This document shows positions 39,094 through 46,623 of a DNA stretch of 64,000 nt, in pieces. Both the position numbers and the translations under genes were made by a program. The stretch comes from a virus (taxonomy: Duplodnaviria; Caudoviricetes). The notes under the pieces are model-generated. The model worked only from the letters and a program-made list of their open reading frames with translations. It searched no databases and was not told the DNA's origin. Numbering within the stretch: the stretch's first letter is position 1; each line of letters begins with the position of its first letter. The stretch lies in the IMG/VR virus record IMGVR_UViG_3300037067_009690, positions 1 through 64,000 of that record; one strand, 5' to 3'.

Positions 39094-39646
39094 AGCGCCG
39101 CAGCACCTCCGTGAGTTTCCCGAGGGCTAGGGCGACGCCCTCGGCCTTCGCGTGGAGCCGGGACGCCTCCGGGCCAGTCGCGGGATGCCTGCGCGCCATC
39201 GCGACCAGCGCCCCATAGTCGGCGTCCAGTCGCTGCGATAGGTCCATGAGGTCCGCGATGACCTCCCCCACGGACACCGTGGGGGTCAGCGGACGGGGGA
39301 CGGGGGTGACGCTTTCGACCGTCGCTCTCAGCCTCACCATTGGCACCTGGACGGAATGCCCGTCCATAGCACCGACGACAGCGGCCATCTCCCTGGTCAG
39401 AGCGTCCGCTTCCCGGACGAGATCGTCCGTGTTGAGGTCGGCCCCACCGAGCTGTGTGTCGATGGTGCCAATGCGGTGGCCCATCTCGTCGTCGATGGCG
39501 AGGTAGACCATGTCATCAGCCGGGGCGGCCGTCTCTCCGTAGATGATCACCCGAGGAGCGTGGCGCTCCTTGGCCGCGGAGTTGACACGGACAATCAGCG
39601 AGTCGATCAAGTTCGTGCGGAGCGACGCGTGCGTGGTGCCGGTCAT
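39080..39646 (-). CDS. Hypothetical protein
   Basis: RBS AAGGAG. Confidence 0.55.
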   Translation of the reverse strand: MTGTTHASLRTNLIDSLIVRVNSAAKERHAPRVIIYGETAAPADDMVYLAIDDEMGHRIGTIDTQLGGADLNTDDLVREADALTREMAAVVGAMDGHSVQVPMVRLRATVESVTPVPRPLTPTVSVGEVIADLMDLSQRLDADYGALVAMARRHPATGPEASRLHAKAEGVALALGKLTEVLRRYAIR

Positions 39647-39673
39647 GGTCGTGTCTCCTTCTCGGGTCTGCGG

Positions 39674-39726
39674 GTGTCCTGGTGTCCACGGCCGTCCACC
39701 CGCCGGGTGGGCGACCGAAGACATCA
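39674..39726 (-). repeat. Intergenic hairpin element, copy 3
   Basis: GTGTCCTGG..TCCACGGCCGTCC...GGGCGACCGAAG...TCA. Confidence 0.7.
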
Positions 39727-39954
39727 GATCCATTCGGCGAGATGTGCGGACCGTCGGGCGACCCACGGGGTGCCGTCTGGGCCGGACCCGACGATCTGGA
39801 GCCGGCTGTCGTCCCACTCGGGGGACGACAGGTCCAGTGGGACGCCGCCGATGGCGCCTTCCGCGCACCCGAAGGACACAACATCGGATGGCGTGGACTC
39901 GGCGGTGAGCGCGTCGAGCGCGATGAGCCACTCGGTGCGGGTAGTGATGGTCAT
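39724..39954 (-). CDS. Hypothetical protein
   Basis: RBS AGGAGG; downstream of the promoter at 40008-40036. Confidence 0.6.
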   Translation of the reverse strand: MTITTRTEWLIALDALTAESTPSDVVSFGCAEGAIGGVPLDLSSPEWDDSRLQIVGSGPDGTPWVARRSAHLAEWI

Positions 39955-40007
39955 GGCTGGCCTCCTGTGTTGCGGCGGGTGACTGGTGTGCTGTGCTGAC
40001 ACCACAG

Positions 40008-40036
40008 ACACTACATCCATCCGGATGCACTGTCAA
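40008..40036 (-). promoter_or_regulatory. Promoter TTGACA-N17-TAGTGT (leftward)
   Basis: -35 at 40031-40036, -10 at 40008-40013; near-identical to the rightward promoter at 40360. Confidence 0.8.
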
Positions 40037-40311
40037 GCTGGTGCCTGGCGGGTCCTCGCGGACCCCCGGGACCTGGACTCCCCCCGGGGCCAGTTACCCG
40101 ACCCGGGGCACGCGGCGACCCACGCCCGGAGCGTCGGCGCCAGCCAGCACGGCGACCGGCCGACATACCCATCAGGGGCGGGACGCCTACCGCGCGAACC
40201 ATACGATTTCCACGTGTGGATGGACATCGGGCGGCCCAGGTAGGTCAGGTAGTCGACGGCCTCCCCGTTGCCGAGGAGTGTGGTGTCGAGGGGCGGGGCG
40301 TAGGCGGTCAT
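40033..40311 (-). CDS. Small HTH DNA-binding protein (excisionase/AlpA-like), leaderless
   Basis: LLGNGEAVDYL...SIHTWKSY..RGRRPAPDGYVGRSPCW...TLRAW. Confidence 0.65.
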   Translation of the reverse strand: MTAYAPPLDTTLLGNGEAVDYLTYLGRPMSIHTWKSYGSRGRRPAPDGYVGRSPCWLAPTLRAWVAACPGSGNWPRGESRSRGSARTRQAPA

Positions 40312-40317
40312 GCCGAC

Positions 40318-40346
40318 ATGCTACATCCATCCGGTTGCAGGATCAA
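40318..40346 (-). promoter_or_regulatory. Promoter TTGATC-N17-TAGCAT, 6 nt before the ATG at 40311
   Basis: Exact spacing; shares CCGGATGGATGTAG with the 40008 promoter. Confidence 0.7.
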
Positions 40347-40359
40347 TCTAGCGGGTGGC

Positions 40360-40388
40360 TTGACAGTGCACCCCAACGGATGTAGTGT
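40360..40388 (+). promoter_or_regulatory. Promoter TTGACA-N17-TAGTGT (rightward)
   Basis: -35 at 40360-40365, -10 at 40383-40388. Confidence 0.8.
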
Positions 40389-40429
40389 CAGTGGTGTCAG
40401 CACAGGACACCAGGCAGAAAGGCAAGACC

Positions 40430-40897
40430 ATGCGAGGCAATCCCAGCGAGTGGAAGCACCCCCAGGTCGCCGTCGCCGGGGAGTGGCACCCCGCCACCAT
40501 CACCGCAGGACCCGGCAAAGACGGAACGTGGGGAGTCGAATACTCCCCTGGCCGCGGACGCCCCAGCCGCCGAATCCGAGTCACCTACGACCGGGTTCGC
40601 GACCAGGAGATGACGGCCCTGGAGGCCGCCCTCTACGGGCGCACCCCTGAGGACGCCTGCCGGAGATACGGGGTCACCGTCCGCGACGACCAGGTCACCG
40701 TCCGTGGCACCCACCTCCCGGAGCCCATGGCCCTCATGCGGGGCACCAACGGCGAGTGGTACGTGGTCGCCGAGCACAAGCTCGCCCACGGAGACCCGTT
40801 GTCCAGCCTCGACAATGTCGCGGGTACCGGGTACCCGGACCAGCACACAGTGGCCCTCGCCTGGGCCATGGACCACTGCGACGTCCACGTCCGCTGA
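40430..40897 (+). CDS. Hypothetical protein
   Basis: RBS GAAAGG; lies downstream of a promoter. Confidence 0.6.
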   Translation: MRGNPSEWKHPQVAVAGEWHPATITAGPGKDGTWGVEYSPGRGRPSRRIRVTYDRVRDQEMTALEAALYGRTPEDACRRYGVTVRDDQVTVRGTHLPEPMALMRGTNGEWYVVAEHKLAHGDPLSSLDNVAGTGYPDQHTVALAWAMDHCDVHVR

Positions 40898-41247
40898 CCT
40901 CCCATGGTCGCCCCGGAGTGCGACCGGTCAGGTGGACCAGCACCGAGCAGGCAAGGGCGCACATGATCGTCCGGCACACCGGCACCGCCTGATCTATGCG
41001 GGCACGCGTGTCCGCCGCATTTCTGCCCGCAGCCATCCGGCCGGTCTCCCGACGAGGGGGCCGGCCGGTGGCGCGTCCACGGCCAGGTGACACCGGCACC
41101 GGCAGCCCGTGCACACATGCCGGTCACCAGGCCGCACATGGCCCGTCACGGGCTGGGCGTCACGGCAATTCCGGGACAGGCCATCCGCCGCGAATACCGA
41201 CATACCAGCATTGTAACCGGCAATGCGTGTATCGCGCACCTTGAATG

Positions 41248-41499
41248 TTAAGGGGATGGAATGCCATTGTTAGCCTCGCTGCGGCCGTCATTGGCCCATG
41301 ATCTCCATGCGTGCGCGGACACCGTCGCGTACAACGCGGCGCCGGGAATGAATCCCCACTGGCGGGTGACGCACGCGTACACGACCCACACGGCCTCTGT
41401 GGCCATGGTCACGGCCCACCCGACGGCGAGGCGCCGGCCGGTCAGCCACAGGCCGAGGCCACCGAGCCCGGACAGGACCCACGACCACCAGACGCTCAC
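41248..41499 (-). CDS. Small multi-pass membrane protein (PnuC/PQ-loop-like)
   Basis: WSWVLSGLG.LGLWLTGRR..VGW...EAVWVVYA..TRQWGFI. Confidence 0.6.
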   Translation of the reverse strand: MSVWWSWVLSGLGGLGLWLTGRRLAVGWAVTMATEAVWVVYACVTRQWGFIPGAALYATVSAHAWRSWANDGRSEANNGIPSP

Positions 41500-41888
41500 C
41501 GGGCCCATCCGGGTAGGTCTGGTGTCGCGGGGAGGCCATGCGCGGCGGGGTCGACGGGCGTGAGGCCGCCGTCGTCGTCGAGGAGCCACCATCCGGTGCC
41601 GAGCCACGCGGGGACGTCGGCGGGCTGGCGCGGGTCACGGAGGAGGATCCACCCGAGCGAGGCGGCACCCGGCCGGTCCTGATGCGCGGCCATGTGCAGC
41701 CGGTGGCACACATGCAGGCCGTTGCTGGCGACCCACGCCCCGGAGTGACTGCGGTGGACCCGGTGCGACCAGTCCGTCGCCCGGTGCCCGCCGTGGACCT
41801 CACACACGCCACCAGACCGGGACCGGACCAGGGCACGCGCCCGCCGCTCAGCAGCCGCGACAACCGCCCGCCGGGCCACCAACGTCAC
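41496..41888 (-). CDS. HNH-like endonuclease
   Basis: RSGGVCEV...SHRVHRSHSG.W.ASNGLHVCH..H. Confidence 0.65.
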   Translation of the reverse strand: MTLVARRAVVAAAERRARALVRSRSGGVCEVHGGHRATDWSHRVHRSHSGAWVASNGLHVCHRLHMAAHQDRPGAASLGWILLRDPRQPADVPAWLGTGWWLLDDDGGLTPVDPAAHGLPATPDLPGWAR

Positions 41889-42259
41889 GGCTGGTCCCCC
41901 TGGTGGCCGCAGTGGCAGCCTTCGGCGCAGCAGGTGTCTTGGCGGTCGGTGTCGCCGTCGGTGTCGTGAAGGAAAGCTGCATGCGGGCAGCGCGGGGTGT
42001 TAGGGCATAGCCATGGAGAAGGCCACGAGGCGTCCTCCTGGTATCCGCGGGTGCGGTGGGCGGTGACGGCGTCCAGGCACGTATCCAGGGCCCCGCGGTG
42101 GTCGCCGGCGCCGCCGCTGGCTACGACCAGCGCACCGTTGCGGCACGCGTCCTGCCGGTCGGAGTCGGTGACCTCCCAGAACCACACCAGCCAGCCCGCG
42201 GCCATCTCACGCCACACGCGCCCGCGCACCGGATGCTCGGCGTTTGTTGTGTCAAGCAT
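41885..42259 (-). CDS. Hypothetical protein
   Basis: Begins just after array unit C; C-terminal Cys/His cluster; GTGA overlap. Confidence 0.5.
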   Translation of the reverse strand: MLDTTNAEHPVRGRVWREMAAGWLVWFWEVTDSDRQDACRNGALVVASGGAGDHRGALDTCLDAVTAHRTRGYQEDASWPSPWLCPNTPRCPHAAFLHDTDGDTDRQDTCCAEGCHCGHQGDQP

Positions 42260-42274
42260 CTTTTTGTCTCACGT

Positions 42275-42350
42275 CTTTCGTGTGGATCCCCTGCCCTGCC
42301 CCGCCCGGCCAAGCCATGACTAGCCGCGCAGCGCCCAGCCACGCCATGCG
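42275..42350 (-). ncRNA. GGY-NN pentamer array unit C (candidate guide RNA)
   Basis: Minus strand: cgcAT ggcGT ggcTG ggcGC tgcGC ggcTA gtcAT ggcTT ggcCG ggcGG ggcAG ggcAG then GGGATCCACACGAAAG. Confidence 0.75.
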
Positions 42351-42353
42351 ACG

Positions 42354-42929
42354 TTATTGGCCCCCGATTTCACCGGTGTTCTCGTCAACGGTTTCCCCTG
42401 CAACCGTGACACGATCAGGCACACTAATACCCTGCGACTGTAGAGCAGCGACCAGGACATCGTATTTGTCGTCGACCTGGGTGACAGTTCTCCTGAGGTC
42501 AGCGATCTGGGTTTCATGCCGGTCAAGGACGGACGCCTGAAACACTAAGGCGTCAGTGAACGCGTCGATGCTCTTGCGTTGAGCGATGGATAGTTCGTTG
42601 CGGTCGACATGCGTGGTCGTCGCTACAGCTGACCGCATGCGGCGCCGGGCGCTTTTCTGGTAACCGCGGGCCTTAACTTCATGCTCGGATGCGTGGGCGA
42701 TCTTGTATCCTACTCCGCGGACGGCTATGAGCATCCTGGATCGTTTGGTGAGGAGTTCTTGTCCGGCGCGTGCGATGGGGGTGCGTGATGCGCCTTGTTT
42801 CGCTGGGTTGTAGCCGAGGAGTTCGGTGAGGGTGTCGTAGGTGATGATGTCGCCTGGTTTAAGTTCTGCGGCGTGGTCGTATATTTCGCGCCACCTTGCG
42901 CGTGCCCCGGATGATTTAAATGGTGCCAC
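42354..42929 (-). CDS. Accessory protein between array units (wHTH-like N-terminus plus coiled coil)
   Basis: RBS GAAAGGA before the GTG; LKPGDIITYDTLTELLG; C-terminal heptad region. Confidence 0.7.
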   Translation of the reverse strand: MAPFKSSGARARWREIYDHAAELKPGDIITYDTLTELLGYNPAKQGASRTPIARAGQELLTKRSRMLIAVRGVGYKIAHASEHEVKARGYQKSARRRMRSAVATTTHVDRNELSIAQRKSIDAFTDALVFQASVLDRHETQIADLRRTVTQVDDKYDVLVAALQSQGISVPDRVTVAGETVDENTGEIGGQ

Positions 42930-42939
42930 GATGTGGTTC

Positions 42940-43032
42940 CTTTCGTGTGGATCCCCTGCCGAGCCTCGCCGTGCCATGCCATGGCGCGCCACGCCCCACC
43001 TCGCCGTGCGATGGGCCGGAGTCGAACCGGCC
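42940..43032 (-). ncRNA. GGY-NN pentamer array unit B with 5' T-arm-like hairpin (candidate guide RNA)
   Basis: Minus strand: GGCCGG-TTCGACT-CCGGCC, then cgcAC ggcGA ggtGG ggcGT ggcGC gccAT ggcAT ggcAC ggcGA ggcTC ggcAG, then GGGATCCACACGAAAG. Confidence 0.75.
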
Positions 43033-43058
43033 ATACGACCATCACCGCAACACACCCG

Positions 43059-43724
43059 TCAATCCTGATCCCAGTCTGCCGCCGAAATACCCTCGACAAC
43101 AACAGGACCCAGATCAACAACACGCGCCCAGAATCGGCCATACCCGCCGCGCCTGAAATCACCGAGCCCAACGAACCGGCCCGCCCTGTCAGCGATGTCC
43201 ACCAACTCATCGACATCAACAACAGTCTCATCGGACAGGAAATGGCACGACAACCGCCACGACCGGAATATTGGCCTTACCCTGACGTTACGCGCTTGCC
43301 CGACTTTCACGGTCTGCCGAGACACGAAGTTGCTGTCTTCACACAGGACTTCCGCAGTAGCCCCGACCGGATACCCGTCTGAGTCTTTTCTCGGCCACTT
43401 GAACCCGAGTCTACATGTGAAGTCGATGAGGGTGAGTCCCCGTTCGATTTTCATACCGGATTTCGTCATGCGCGCTCCCTCGGTGAGGGATTTCGCGACG
43501 TTCCTGCCCGGTAGGACCGGTGACCCGTTGTGGTCTACGTACAGTCCGGCCGCGTATTCCAGCCGGCCGATTTCTTCGTAGTCGCTGATAGTTTTCGTGC
43601 GTTTCCCGGATACTTTCTTGAATACCTTGGTTCGTTCGTCGAGCGGGTCGGCGAGCGTGTCGCAGTGCATGAGTAGTGGTGTCTTGCCTTTTATGTCGAC
43701 TCGTACGTTACGCAATACGCCCAT
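43059..43724 (-). CDS. Stand-alone RAMP/Cas7-like RNA-binding protein
   Basis: N-terminal strand VRVDIKGKTPLLMH, RVRPIFRSW, and C-terminal Gly-rich loop VGLGDFRRGGYGRF typical of RAMPs. Confidence 0.75.
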   Translation of the reverse strand: MGVLRNVRVDIKGKTPLLMHCDTLADPLDERTKVFKKVSGKRTKTISDYEEIGRLEYAAGLYVDHNGSPVLPGRNVAKSLTEGARMTKSGMKIERGLTLIDFTCRLGFKWPRKDSDGYPVGATAEVLCEDSNFVSRQTVKVGQARNVRVRPIFRSWRLSCHFLSDETVVDVDELVDIADRAGRFVGLGDFRRGGYGRFWARVVDLGPVVVEGISAADWDQD

Positions 43725-43729
43725 CCCGT

Positions 43730-43795
43730 CTCTCGTGTGGATCCCCTGCCCTGCCTCGCCTCGCCAAGCCATGCCTGGCCACACCCTGCCCCGCA
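43730..43795 (-). ncRNA. GGY-NN pentamer array unit A (candidate guide RNA)
   Basis: Minus strand: tgcGG ggcAG ggtGT ggcCA ggcAT ggcTT ggcGA ggcGA ggcAG ggcAG then GGGATCCACACGAGAG. Confidence 0.75.
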
Positions 43796-43800
43796 TGCAC

Positions 43801-43806
43801 ATCATA
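43801..43806 (-). promoter_or_regulatory. -10 box TATGAT upstream of unit A
   Basis: Would place the start site at about 43794, the beginning of the pentamer run; no well-spaced -35 box seen. Confidence 0.45.
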
Positions 43807-43945
43807 CGCGCGGATGCGGCTCGCCACGCGCAAGAAACGCGTGAACACCTAAATTAAGTTGCCGCCCCATGTAGCATTCTGGTCAATCAATGGCTTACCT
43901 TCGCTTATCGCGCAAACGGGTATGCCATCAGACGAAACAATCGCC

Positions 43946-44410
43946 TCACGGCGCACCGCCGAGGCAGTCGGGGCACCAGCCTGCGACACGGCCCGTCCCA
44001 GGCACCGTGACACGGACACCCGCCAGAGCCGACCTCGCCACACCCGCCCGGTCAGCGACCGCCATGGACCGGACCACACCCGCCGCGGCGCACGGCGCGA
44101 GAGCCGCATGCACCAGGTCCGTCAGCTCCCACAGGCTGTCATCGCGGTCCACGCGGTGCCGGACATGCACCGCGCCCGCTGCGGTGACCACGGCGGCGCG
44201 ATGCCGCCTGACGGCCTGCTCAGCGACAGTCACGACCTCCCGGACCAGGCCGTGGGAGTCGACGACCACACCGGCGACGCCCCCCGGGATGTCGGGCACC
44301 CACCACCAGCCCCACCCGGACACACCAAGGTCTGGGCCACGGTCCACGACCACACCGGGGCCGTGACCCGGTAGGTCCAGGACCATCCCAGGCGCCACGG
44401 CCGGCGTCAC
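43946..44410 (-). CDS. Hypothetical protein
   Basis: GTGA overlap with the XRE gene; CPDC at the end. Confidence 0.4.
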   Translation of the reverse strand: MTPAVAPGMVLDLPGHGPGVVVDRGPDLGVSGWGWWWVPDIPGGVAGVVVDSHGLVREVVTVAEQAVRRHRAAVVTAAGAVHVRHRVDRDDSLWELTDLVHAALAPCAAAGVVRSMAVADRAGVARSALAGVRVTVPGTGRVAGWCPDCLGGAP

Positions 44411-44649
44411 AGCCCGGCCCCGAGGTGCGCGTGAGCCGCCGGGCACCTGCGCCCGGATAGGGCACACACCGGGACGCCGAGGACCTCCGCCAGGTCCAGG
44501 GCCCGCAGCAGCGTTGGGTTCCTTGAGCCGGCCTCCCACGACACGACGGTGCCGGGTGCGACGTGCATCCTGGCGGCCAGCCCAGCCGTGGACATGCCGC
44601 GGGCGTGACGGGCCGCCTGGATCGCGCGTCCGACCTGCCGCGCCGACAC
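44407..44649 (-). CDS. XRE-family HTH regulator
   Basis: IQAARHARGMSTAGLAARMHVAPGTVVSWEAGSRNP...LAEVLGV. Confidence 0.85.
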   Translation of the reverse strand: MSARQVGRAIQAARHARGMSTAGLAARMHVAPGTVVSWEAGSRNPTLLRALDLAEVLGVPVCALSGRRCPAAHAHLGAGL

Positions 44650-44657
44650 CCCGGCGA

Positions 44658-45380
44658 TCACCGGGGGACACCATCCTCCGTCGCGCGCCGGGCTGGCCCG
44701 GGGCAGGGGTCGGCATGCTGCGTGGACCGGAGGCCGCCGGTGCCACACGCGGGGCACATCCCGGTCCAAGGCTGGCCGTGAGCCGACGTGCGACACAGGG
44801 TCCCGTGCGTCGCGGCGGAACCGGCCATGGCCCGGGCGACAACCTGCTCGGCGGTCTCCACAGGCACCGTGGCCCGCGCAGCCACCGCGCCCGGCGTCCC
44901 CAGCGACGACCGGCCGATCAGGTCACGGATGTCCGCGTCGGCGATGCTGCGGGACGACTCCGGGGCCGTCCCGGGGATCCGCACGGGCCAGTGCCGTCCG
45001 TCCGGGGTGGTGATCACCCAGTCGCCGGGGCACACGATGGTGCTCTCGATCCACCCGTGGTCCCGGATGACCCTCCCGCATGCGCCGCACACGTGATCCT
45101 CGTCCCGGGTGGGGTGGACTCCGGCAGTGACGGAGGGGTGGTCACCGGAGCACCACCACTGAACCGCGGTGGCCTTCCCTGGCGTGTCCACCCTCAGGAT
45201 CTCCGGTGTCCCAACACCCTCCCTGCGGCCGGTGACGATCAGGACCCTGGCACCGTCTGGACCGACCTGGGTATCCGCGAGACGACACGTCCCGGAGCAC
45301 ACGAGCACGTAATTGTCCTCGATGGTGCATGTTCCGGTCTCACCCGTGTCCTGGTCAGTGGCGGTGACAATCGTGGCCAT
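44658..45380 (-). CDS. Hypothetical protein
   Basis: HGWIE..IVCPGDWVIT motif common in phages; TGATG coupling. Confidence 0.6.
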   Translation of the reverse strand: MATIVTATDQDTGETGTCTIEDNYVLVCSGTCRLADTQVGPDGARVLIVTGRREGVGTPEILRVDTPGKATAVQWWCSGDHPSVTAGVHPTRDEDHVCGACGRVIRDHGWIESTIVCPGDWVITTPDGRHWPVRIPGTAPESSRSIADADIRDLIGRSSLGTPGAVAARATVPVETAEQVVARAMAGSAATHGTLCRTSAHGQPWTGMCPACGTGGLRSTQHADPCPGPARRATEDGVPR

Positions 45381-45976
45381 CAGTTCTCCTCAACGGTGGT
45401 GGGCGCCCGGAATATCGTGTCCCGGTACGCCTTGAGTTCAGCGATCGTGTCGAGGCAGTCCGGGATAACCCGGTGCTTCTTCTCCGGGTGCAGGCCGAAA
45501 TCCGTGCCCGGATACCAGCGTGCCGCTAATTCCCTGATAGACGACACGTCAATGATCCGATAGTGGAAGAACCCCTCAAGCTCCGGCATTCGCGCGTTGA
45601 GCCACGTCCTGTCGAACCGCACCGATGACCCGGTCAACGGCATTGTCCCTGGTGCGACACCCCACTCCCGGAGCCAGTCCAGCGCGGACCCCACTATGTC
45701 GATGCGGTCCGTGTCACCTCCCCCGGCGCAGTCGTCCCACAGCCCGGAGACGTCGTGCATGTCCCGGACACGATCGGAGCAGCACTCCCGGATCCATTCG
45801 AGCTGGCCATGGGGGTGGCCGAGGACCGCGGACCATGCACTGATCGGGGCCAGGTCCTGGCCGACGAGGACCATCCCGACCTCCAGGATCAGCCCGCCGT
45901 TGTGCAGGCCACCGGGGGCCGCGTCAGGCAGGCCGGTGGTCTCGATGTCGATGACGATCTGCCGGGTGTCGGTCAC
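45380..45976 (-). CDS. orn: Oligoribonuclease-like DEDDh exonuclease
   Basis: IDIETTGL, ILEVG, MHDVSGL, GSSVRFDR..L...MPEL..FFHYRIIDVSSIRELA.RW, HRVIPD. Confidence 0.9.
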   Translation of the reverse strand: MTDTRQIVIDIETTGLPDAAPGGLHNGGLILEVGMVLVGQDLAPISAWSAVLGHPHGQLEWIRECCSDRVRDMHDVSGLWDDCAGGGDTDRIDIVGSALDWLREWGVAPGTMPLTGSSVRFDRTWLNARMPELEGFFHYRIIDVSSIRELAARWYPGTDFGLHPEKKHRVIPDCLDTIAELKAYRDTIFRAPTTVEEN

Positions 45977-46623
45977 CGGTGCGCCTCCCTGGCCTGCATG
46001 TGCGCGTCGTTCTTCGCGGCGTCGAGGGCATCCTGTGCCCGCCTGGCTGTGGCTGCGGTCTGGGTGTGTACCCCGCCCATCAGGTCCCCGACGCCGGGGC
46101 ATCGGGCGAGGGCGACGCCGACGCAGTGCAGGGCAGCGATGAGATCCTCAGCGACATCACCGGGGTGCTTGATGTCCTCGCGTTCGATGCGCGTCGACAG
46201 CCAGTCGGCGAGCATGCGGATGACGTGCGCGTCGCCTTCGGCAGTGCCCTGCTTGAGCTGGTTGTAGACGCTGATTCTGTGCCAGTCGTCGCGGTTCTCC
46301 GGGACCATGGGGATCGCCGGGAACGTCACTCGCGGGGGCGCGTCGACCTCGCTGACGCCGTCGCTGGTCCATGGGTGCGCGACCGACACGGGGATGGTGG
46401 CGACCTTCACGCCCCACGGGTCGGTGGGCCGGACCGCGTCGTCGCCGAGGTTCGCGACCAGGTCCACGGCGAAGCACGGCCCGTAGGCGCCGGTCTCTGG
46501 GTTGCGGCGGCACGTGGGGATGCCGGTGCCGGGTTGTGGCTCGTCGGGGTGCCGGCACGTCAGGGCGTAATCCGCGGCACCAACGCTGTTGATGGTCACG
46601 GTCAGGGTGTGGTCGGCGATCAT
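45973..46623 (-). CDS. Hypothetical protein
   Basis: ATGA and GTGA overlaps. Confidence 0.5.
   Translation of the reverse strand: MIADHTLTVTINSVGAADYALTCRHPDEPQPGTGIPTCRRNPETGAYGPCFAVDLVANLGDDAVRPTDPWGVKVATIPVSVAHPWTSDGVSEVDAPPRVTFPAIPMVPENRDDWHRISVYNQLKQGTAEGDAHVIRMLADWLSTRIEREDIKHPGDVAEDLIAALHCVGVALARCPGVGDLMGGVHTQTAATARRAQDALDAAKNDAHMQAREAHR

Noticed and set aside
43014-43032. tRNA gene
   Set aside because: Only a T-arm is present; no acceptor stem, D-arm or anticodon arm could be built.
42275-43795. Calling the three units a CRISPR array or type IV CRISPR-Cas locus
   Set aside because: The conserved 16-21-nt tails are separated by whole genes, the variable parts are themselves 5-nt periodic, and no other cas genes are present.
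42354-43805. ORF-track N-terminal extensions (starts at 43055 and 43805) reading through the pentamer arrays
   Set aside because: Better starts with RBS lie downstream (42929, 43724); the extensions are low-complexity W/R/G translations of 5-nt repeats.
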